A stretch of 21,878 nt of DNA from Jatrophihabitantaceae bacterium (GTDB lineage Bacteria > Actinomycetota > Actinomycetes > Mycobacteriales > Jatrophihabitantaceae): the NCBI GenBank assembly GCA_051984825.1, contig JBPYES010000402.1, forward strand, positions 1-21,878. The letters run 5' to 3'. Within the stretch, counting starts at the first letter, position 1, and every line of letters begins with the position of its first letter. Below the pieces are notes generated by a model. It had not been told where the DNA came from and ran no database searches. It was given only the letters and a program-made list of their open reading frames with translations. Shown one piece after another: positions 16,476-21,878 of this stretch. Made by a program: the position numbers and the translations under genes.

Positions 16476-16820
16476 CTAACCCACGCGCGCACCAGGCACG
16501 GCGGTGAGGAGCACGACGGAATCCGTCAACGCGTTCAGGCCGTGGCGGGTGTTCGGGACGAGGAGCAGGTCGCCGTCGCGGCCTTGCCACCGGTCCTCGC
16601 CGGCGACCAGTTCGACGCGCCCCTGCAGCACGAGCACCGTCGCCTCGCCGGGATTCTCGTGCTCGTCGAGGCTCGCGCCTTCGCACAGTGCTAGCACCGT
16701 CTGGCGCAGCGTGGTCTCGTGCCCGCCGGTAACGGTGCGGGCGGCACGCTGCGACGGGGCGCGGCGCGCGATGTCGAGTTGCTCACGGGCAAGGGCGTCA
16801 AGAGAGAGCTTGTGCGTCAT
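16476..16820 (-). CDS. Cupin-domain protein
   Basis: 114 aa. The stretch ...TGGHETTLRQTVLALCEGASLDEHENPGEATVLVLQGRVELVAGEDRW...LLLVPNTRHGLNA follows the two-motif cupin pattern, with G(X)5HxH-like and PxG...H motifs on a beta-barrel. Confidence 0.6.
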   Translation of the reverse strand: MTHKLSLDALAREQLDIARRAPSQRAARTVTGGHETTLRQTVLALCEGASLDEHENPGEATVLVLQGRVELVAGEDRWQGRDGDLLLVPNTRHGLNALTDSVVLLTAVPGARVG

Positions 16821-17051
16821 CGGGAATTAGTTTCCGTCGGGAGCGGGTCTCGACGGGAACGCTATCCGATCGACCGGCTGACGCGTGATATGCCCTGGGC
16901 CGGCAGCTGTATGCACACCGTCGTGCGGCGCGGGCGCAGTCGCAGCATTATGTCGAGCGCGATCGGTCTTTGTCCAGCATGGCTGTGGTCCCTCCGACGT
17001 CGCCACCGCGTGGACTCGGGTGTCGCTGATCGTTCGCGCCGGAGGCGCTGT

Positions 17052-17071
17052 CGGATCACTCGAGTGATCCG
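17052..17071. promoter_or_regulatory. Perfect 20-bp palindrome CGGATCACTCGAGTGATCCG, about 30 bp upstream of the ECF sigma start. It is a candidate operator.
   Basis: Exact reverse-complement symmetry read from the sequence. It lies in the 279-bp gap between the divergent cupin and sigma factor genes. Confidence 0.4.
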
Positions 17072-17099
17072 CTATGCCCGTAGGTGACGAATTACTTGC

Positions 17100-17717
17100 G
17101 TGATCGTGACGGCGACCGGCCGGCGCCGTACCTTCGCAACGGTGGGGGTATCGGCCCGGCAGGAAGCGTTACTGCTGGCGCGAATCCAGGCAGGCGACGG
17201 CGACGCGCTCGGCGCGGTGTACGACCAGCACGCCGGCCTGGTGTACGGGCTGGCCCGCCGCGTGACCCGTGACGAGCAGCTTGCTCGCGACATCACCCAG
17301 GAGGTCTTCACGTACCTGTGGGAGCTGCCCGGCCGGGTCGACCTGACGCGTGGTTCGTTGCGCTCCTACCTAGCGATGGTCGCGCACCGCCGTGCCGTCG
17401 ACGAGGTCCGCCGCCATGAGCGGCGTACCCGCACCGAAGCCGCCTCGGCGCGTCCCGAGGCCGAGGAGGGGCCAGAACCCGAAGTGGTCGCCGCCACCAC
17501 GGCGAGCTGGCGCAAAACACGGCTGGCCGCGATGCTCGACAGGCTGCCGGCCGAACAACGCGAGGCGGTGCAGCTCGCCTATTACCGCGGCCAGACCTAT
17601 ACCCAGGTGGCGAAGACACTCGGCATACCGGAAGGGACCGCCAAGTCGCGGCTGCGACTCGCTCTCGCCCGGCTGCGCACCCTGCTCGACGACGAGACCC
17701 GGGCGGCGATCAGATGA
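17100..17717 (+). CDS. ECF (group 4) RNA polymerase sigma-70 factor, SigK-like
   Basis: 205 aa. Region 2 is ...LARIQAGDGDALGAVYDQHAGLVYGLARRVTRDEQLARDITQEVFTYLWE. Region 4 is ...LPAEQREAVQLAYYRGQTYTQVAKTLGIPEGTAKSRLRLALARLR. The start is uncertain: GTG 17100 (AGGTGA 12 nt upstream) or a later GTG. Confidence 0.85.
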   Translation: MIVTATGRRRTFATVGVSARQEALLLARIQAGDGDALGAVYDQHAGLVYGLARRVTRDEQLARDITQEVFTYLWELPGRVDLTRGSLRSYLAMVAHRRAVDEVRRHERRTRTEAASARPEAEEGPEPEVVAATTASWRKTRLAAMLDRLPAEQREAVQLAYYRGQTYTQVAKTLGIPEGTAKSRLRLALARLRTLLDDETRAAIR

Positions 17718-18712
17718 ACCGGCCTTACGACGATGAGACGGCAGCCCTACTCGCGCTTGACGCCCTGGAAGCCGACGAGCAGGCCGACGCCGAGCTGCGC
17801 ATCGGGACGTTCCCACCGGGCCTCGCCGACGCGGTCGCAACGCTTGCCGAAGACGCCGTCGTCGACCCGCCCACAGGGCTTCGCGCCGACACACTCGCCC
17901 GTGCCAAGTCCCGTCGCCCGGAGGGCCGGCCCGTCGGAGCGGCCCAGCCGTGTCCGCCTGCGGAGGCGTTCGACCGCACCGTCACCGACCTGGACCGCCT
18001 GCTGAACTCGCTCACCGACGCCGACTGGAACGCACCCGCGCACCCCGATCACGGCCGGGTTCGCGACCTGGTCGCACACCTGGTCGGCGTCGAGCGGCTC
18101 GTGCTGCGCTGGCTCGCGGCGGACGAGGCCGTCCCCGACCTTCCCGACCACGTCGCCGCGACGCGGCCGGTGGTGGCCCAGCTTGCCGACACCGAGCCCC
18201 GCGACGTCGCCAGGCAGTGGTACGAGGCGGCCCGCGCGGTTGCTGCGGCCGCGGCGACCGGCGACATCACTCGCCCGGTGACGTTCCACGACATGACCAT
18301 CAGCGTCAAGCGTCTGCTCGTCATGCGCACCTTCGAGTTGTGGGCGCACGCCACGGACGTCTGCCTGGCCGCCGGCCGCCCGCTGCTGCAACTGGACGCG
18401 GAGCGCATGACCACCCTGTCCGCTGAGCTCATGACGGTCCTGCCCGTGGCCCTGGCCTACCAGGGCAGCGCCGCCCCGGGCCGGAGTGCTCGGTTCGTGC
18501 TGACCGGCCTTGCCGGTGGCACCTACACAGTGCCCCTGGCGCCGGGCACCCCGGCCACACGGCCGGCCGTCACGATCATCACCGACCCGGGCGAGCTGTG
18601 CCGGGTCGCGGCACGCCGGCTCGATCCGGCCGAACTGGACGTCACCATCGACGGCGACCACGAGCTGGCCGAACTCGTGCTCGCCGGCGTCGGCGCGCTC
18701 GCCCTCGACTAG
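17714..18712 (+). CDS. Anti-sigma factor that fuses an RskA-like N-terminal sigma-binding region to a C-terminal mycothiol-dependent maleylpyruvate-isomerase-N / DinB-like (TIGR03083-type) domain. No transmembrane segment is present.
   Basis: 332 aa. Its ATG overlaps the sigma stop (ATGA). The N-terminus MNRPYDDETAALLALDALEADEQADAELRIG resembles anti-sigma-K N-termini. The central/C-terminal stretch ...LVAHLVGVERLV...FELWAHATDV... fits the MDMPI_N/DinB four-helix family. No hydrophobic helix is seen. Confidence 0.75.
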   Translation: MNRPYDDETAALLALDALEADEQADAELRIGTFPPGLADAVATLAEDAVVDPPTGLRADTLARAKSRRPEGRPVGAAQPCPPAEAFDRTVTDLDRLLNSLTDADWNAPAHPDHGRVRDLVAHLVGVERLVLRWLAADEAVPDLPDHVAATRPVVAQLADTEPRDVARQWYEAARAVAAAAATGDITRPVTFHDMTISVKRLLVMRTFELWAHATDVCLAAGRPLLQLDAERMTTLSAELMTVLPVALAYQGSAAPGRSARFVLTGLAGGTYTVPLAPGTPATRPAVTIITDPGELCRVAARRLDPAELDVTIDGDHELAELVLAGVGALALD

Positions 18713-18938
18713 GTCGGGGCAGCGGATCGGCGGGCCGTACTGGTACCACGCTGAACGCCTCTTCCTCTTCCTGCGCGTTGTGCAGCCGCAGGATCGCATG
18801 CAGCCCGTACAGCTGCCGACGCAGCTCGACGATGTCCTGTGTCACTGCGCGACCCACGCAACTGTGCCGGCCGCCAGCAAGATGACGGACGAACCGAACA
18901 ACGCCGTCGCGCCACGCTGTCTCAACGACACAACACCA

Positions 18939-19415
18939 TCACTGTAGGTTGCGCGGGGATTTCCGGATGATGCGGAAGACCGGGAACTGCGCCGCGATCG
19001 GCTCGAAGTCCGCAACCGGAGCACGCCGGCTCACCGGGATGTGCGGCCGGGCACCTGGGGCGCGGTCGAGGTAACGCCGCAGGATTGGGGCGCGGACGTT
19101 CGGCTCGACCTCCTCGAGGTGGACGACCTCACGGCGCGGCCCATGCCACAGCACCGCGCGGCCACCTCCCGCCCTGACGTTGCGCACCCAGTTGACGTCG
19201 CTGCCGAGCATTGATACCAGGTAGGACCTACCCGCGTAGTCGGCGACTGCCAATGGCAAGGAGATCTTTCGGCCGCTCTGCCGGCCGGTCACCTCGAGGG
19301 TCACCATCCGGGTAGGCAGCAGCCTGCCGATGATGGCCGAGAGCCGGTTCTGCGGCCGCGCCCACCAATTGGGCCGCCCGCCTTGATACATCCACCGGTA
19401 ATAGCGATCCCACAT
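18939..19415 (-). CDS. Deazaflavin (F420H2)-dependent nitroreductase-family oxidoreductase (Ddn-like, PF04075)
   Basis: The core ...WARPQNRLSAIIGRLLPTRMVTLEVTGRQSGRKISLPLAVADYAGRSYLVSMLGSDVNWVRNVRAGGGRAVLWHGPRREVVHLEEV... matches the split-barrel Ddn family. I placed the start at ATG 19415 (MWDRYYRWMYQ...). The track ORF extends 88 Arg-rich codons further, into the flavodoxin gene, which is implausible. Confidence 0.7.
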   Translation of the reverse strand: MWDRYYRWMYQGGRPNWWARPQNRLSAIIGRLLPTRMVTLEVTGRQSGRKISLPLAVADYAGRSYLVSMLGSDVNWVRNVRAGGGRAVLWHGPRREVVHLEEVEPNVRAPILRRYLDRAPGARPHIPVSRRAPVADFEPIAAQFPVFRIIRKSPRNLQ

Positions 19416-19432
19416 CTCAGACCTGCTTGGGG

Positions 19433-19954
19433 CTATGCCGGATGCAACGCGCTGGCGAGGTCTTCGCCCCACGAGCGGGCGCGCACGTGCTCGCCGTCGA
19501 GCAGACGGTTCTGCTTGTCGACGAGGAAACTGCGTGGCGACTCGACCAACTGTGCGCCGTGTCGCCGCAGCTGCCGGGCGATATGCGGCGCTGCACGCCC
19601 GCTCACAATGGCAGGCATGTCGACGCGCGTGTCGAATGCGGCGGCCCTGCAGGACACGGTGCCGAGGTCGGCTAACCACTCGCGCAGACCCGTCCCGTCC
19701 GCGCCGGGTTCGAGGCTCACCGTGCTGTCCGGCTTGCTCGCGGCATCGCGAGCGGCCTTGCGGCTGGACGGACGGCTCATGCCGCGGATGTGTGTCGGGC
19801 CGCCGACGACAAGGAGGTCGGCTGCCGCCACCCGCTCCGGGGACGCTTCGCGTACCGGCACGACATGGGTCTCGGTCCCCAAACTCGAACCGATCGCCTC
19901 GGCGATCGCCCGTGTGTTGCCATACATCGACTCATAGACGACCAGGACTCTCAT
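19433..19954 (-). CDS. Flavodoxin-like FMN-binding protein
   Basis: 173 aa. The N-terminus MRVLVVYESMYGNTRAIAEAIGSSL...ADLLVVGGPTH is a flavodoxin-fold FMN phosphate-binding loop. It lies 17 nt upstream of the Ddn-like gene on the same strand. Confidence 0.75.
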   Translation of the reverse strand: MRVLVVYESMYGNTRAIAEAIGSSLGTETHVVPVREASPERVAAADLLVVGGPTHIRGMSRPSSRKAARDAASKPDSTVSLEPGADGTGLREWLADLGTVSCRAAAFDTRVDMPAIVSGRAAPHIARQLRRHGAQLVESPRSFLVDKQNRLLDGEHVRARSWGEDLASALHPA

Positions 19955-20209
19955 CGCAGCTCCTCACCCCGTCGTGGTGACGGGACGGCCCGGAAGCGCG
20001 AGCGTCGCCGCGGTTTCAGACCGTCGGCGCGCCAGGCCGTCCCGCCACATCCAGTCCACCCCTTGCACGACGACGGCGTTAGAGACGACGGTCCCCAGCG
20101 TCCGGGACCTCAGACCCGCCCGACCTGGCGCGCATGGGGGGCAATGGCCGAGCGCACCGGGGCGCTACTGCTGACGCGGAACTTCCCTTGAAAATAAGGG
20201 GATTCTAGC

Positions 20210-20254
20210 TAGACAGTAGAGCGAGCAGGGCAGTATACTCGAACATGTGTTTGA
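20210..20254 (+). promoter_or_regulatory. SigA-type promoter (-35 TAGACA, 18-nt spacer, -10 TATACT) followed immediately by a LexA/Cheo-type SOS box TCGAAC-ATGT-GTTTGA that spans the start codon of the DUF222-HNH gene
   Basis: Read from the sequence. The -35 is at 20210..20215 and the -10 at 20234..20239. The box at 20239..20254 matches the Gram-positive/mycobacterial consensus TCGAAC-N4-GTTCGA at 11 of 12 positions. The region is locally AT-rich. Confidence 0.55.
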
Positions 20255-21578
20255 ACGTCCCGCACCGCCGCTGACGGTCGCTGAGGTGCTCGACGACCCG
20301 GATCAAGCCGCAGCATGGTCGGCGCGAGACGTGCCGGGTCCCGATACCGGGGTAAGCGTGTCGTTGCTCGACCCGAGCACGTTGTCTCACACGGGGAGGG
20401 TCGATCTCCTAGTGGCGTTGGAGCGGCAGGCCGCGTGGCTGGCGGCGATGCAGCAGCGCGTGCTCGCTGCGATGGCTGCTGATCCGGCGGCGGCAGCCGA
20501 CGATGTGGATCGGACGGGTCAAGGTTGGCTGCGCGAGGACGTTGCCTGTGCGCTGCGCTTGTCGGGGCTCACCGCGCAGCGGCGCATCGCGGTGGCGCAG
20601 ACGCTCGCCGACCAGTTGCCGGCCACGCTCGTGCAACTCGGCCGGGGCGAGATCAGCTACCTGCACGCGGCGAGCCTCGCTGAGGCCGTGTATTCGCTGG
20701 ACCACGAACGGGCAACGCAGGTGGAAGCACGGGTATTGCTGCGAGCTGGTGAACAGACCCTGTCGGAATTCCGGCGCGTCGTGCGCCGAGCGGTTGCGTC
20801 TGTCGCCACGGCGAGCATGGAGGAGCTGCACGCGCAGGCGATGGCCGAACGGCGGATGTGCGTTACTCCACGCGACGACGGCATGGCTGAACTCTGGGCG
20901 TTGTTGCCTGCGGAGGGCGCCGCGGCGATCAGTGCTGCTGTCGATGCGCTTGGTTCGGCCACCTCCCCCAACGACCCGCGCGCCGCCGACCAGCGGCGCG
21001 CGGACGCACTTGTCGACCTCGCGGTCGCCGCATTGCACAACCCACTGCTACCGAAGGCGCAGCGCATGCGCCCGGCGGTTCAGGTCACCGTGGCCTTGTC
21101 CACGCTGCTCGGTGTGGACGACCAGCCTGGCGAGCTCGCTGGACACGGCCCCATCCCGGCGTCGCTGGCCCGGCGGCTCGCGGCCGACACGTCTGGCACT
21201 TGGCGACGGCTGGTTTCCGATCCGCTCAGCGGGCAGCTGCTCGATTACGGCCGCGCAACGTATCGCCCGCCGAAGGACCTCAGCGAGTTCGTGATCGCCC
21301 GCGATCAGGTGTGCGTCTTCCCGACCTGCTCCCGTCCGGCGCGGCGCTGCCACCTCGACCATCGAATCCCTTATCACAGAGGTGGATCCACCAGCCGCGA
21401 CAACATCGCAGCGCTGTGCGAGCGCCACCACATCGGCAAGCACAAGACAACCTGGACACCTCGGCGTGAGCTCGACGGCACGCACACGTGGGTCAGCCCG
21501 ACCGGTCACCGCTACAGATCCCGACCACCCGATCTGCCGGTCGACGCCACGTTGGCGGACAAACCTCCACCGTTCTGA
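20247..21578 (+). CDS. DUF222-domain protein with a C-terminal HNH endonuclease motif, of the 'REP13E12-like' family
   Basis: 443 aa with a GTG start. It has the N-terminal DUF222 architecture (...RVDLLVALERQAAWLAAMQQRVLA...). The C-terminal HNH/zinc motif is ...CVFPTCSRPARRCHLDHRIPYHRGGSTSRDNIAALCERHHIGKH. Confidence 0.85.
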   Translation: MFERPAPPLTVAEVLDDPDQAAAWSARDVPGPDTGVSVSLLDPSTLSHTGRVDLLVALERQAAWLAAMQQRVLAAMAADPAAAADDVDRTGQGWLREDVACALRLSGLTAQRRIAVAQTLADQLPATLVQLGRGEISYLHAASLAEAVYSLDHERATQVEARVLLRAGEQTLSEFRRVVRRAVASVATASMEELHAQAMAERRMCVTPRDDGMAELWALLPAEGAAAISAAVDALGSATSPNDPRAADQRRADALVDLAVAALHNPLLPKAQRMRPAVQVTVALSTLLGVDDQPGELAGHGPIPASLARRLAADTSGTWRRLVSDPLSGQLLDYGRATYRPPKDLSEFVIARDQVCVFPTCSRPARRCHLDHRIPYHRGGSTSRDNIAALCERHHIGKHKTTWTPRRELDGTHTWVSPTGHRYRSRPPDLPVDATLADKPPPF

Positions 21579-21772
21579 TCTGTTCGGTGAAGCGGTATCG
21601 ACGGCCTGCTCGCCAACGGGCTGCGCGCGTAAGAGTAACTGTGCCTTTCGGCCCTATGCATGCCTGAAGCGCGAGGTCGACGATTAAGGCGTGCACACTA
21701 CGACTGTCATGAACGCACGCGTCAACCGCTCCCGCCCACCCACGCCGCGCTACTACCGGGCATCGTGACGGC

Positions 21773-21878
21773 ATGTCGGTCTTCGAGCAGTTCGAGCAGC
21801 ACGAACAGGTCATACATTTCAGTGATGCAGTCAGCGGATTGCGCGCGATCATCGCGATCCACTCGACGGCGCTCGGAC
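21773..21878 (+). CDS. Glu/Leu/Phe/Val-family amino-acid dehydrogenase, probably leucine or valine dehydrogenase. Only the N-terminal 35 codons are in the window.
   Basis: MSVFEQFEQHEQVIHFSDAVSGLRAIIAIHSTALG matches the conserved N-terminus of Val/Leu dehydrogenases (...HEQVV.C.D..SGLKAIIAIH.T.LGP...). The call rests on 35 residues only. Confidence 0.5.
   Translation, partial: MSVFEQFEQHEQVIHFSDAVSGLRAIIAIHSTALG

Noticed and set aside
17747-18799. A 350-aa minus-strand ORF
   Set aside because: It is antisense to the anti-sigma factor gene. The real gene is ATGA-coupled to the sigma factor.
19416-19679. An 88-codon N-terminal extension of the Ddn-like ORF
   Set aside because: It is Arg-rich and low-complexity, and it overlaps the flavodoxin gene. 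The conserved Ddn core starts near the internal ATG at 19415.
21493-21852. A 119-aa minus ORF at the window end
   Set aside because: It is Cys/Arg-rich low-complexity sequence. It overlaps the HNH gene's 3' end and the conserved start of the Val/Leu dehydrogenase on the other strand.
1-21878. CRISPR arrays, IS elements or transposases, rRNA
   Set aside because: There are no regularly spaced direct repeats, no transposase or integrase-like ORFs, and no rRNA-like conserved stretches. The only mobile-like gene is the DUF222-HNH locus.

Overview
This window is 21.9 kb of high-GC (about 70%) DNA with dense, overlapping coding on both strands. The gene content points to a chromosomal region of an actinobacterium: an F420-type Ddn-like reductase, a HadAB-like pair and a DUF222-HNH 'REP13E12-like' gene are all present.

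The backbone is the conserved actinobacterial locus tRNA-Thr, tRNA-Met, rpmG, hadA/hadB-like, tRNA-Trp, secE, nusG, rplK, rplA. All of it lies on the minus strand, and an aspartate aminotransferase sits at its usual place near secE. Three things appear to have been inserted into or changed in this backbone:
- A TetR regulator lies between rpmG and the hadAB-like genes.
- hadA-like and hadB-like are followed by a lipoprotein zinc metallopeptidase with an HExxH-x18-E motif and a tiny GNAT-like protein. All four overlap by ATGA, which suggests translational coupling. No hadC is present.
- A 68-aa NfeD-like OB-fold protein and an anchorless flotillin sit between aspC and tRNA-Trp.

Downstream of the conserved locus are:
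- a three-gene succinate dehydrogenase/fumarate reductase of the single-large-membrane-anchor type, ending in a strong 13-bp hairpin;
- a cupin protein;
- an ECF sigma factor, preceded by a perfect 20-bp palindrome, with an overlapping soluble anti-sigma that fuses an RskA_N-like region to a mycothiol-isomerase/DinB-like domain;
- a flavodoxin and Ddn-like F420-dependent reductase pair;
- a DUF222-HNH endonuclease gene whose -35/-10 promoter is directly overlapped by a near-consensus LexA Cheo box;
- the 5' end of a Leu/Val dehydrogenase.

The window begins inside a secreted GH15 glucoamylase gene on the minus strand. I found no CRISPR array, no rRNA and no recognisable IS or transposase. The many long reverse-strand ORFs in the track are antisense artefacts of high GC.
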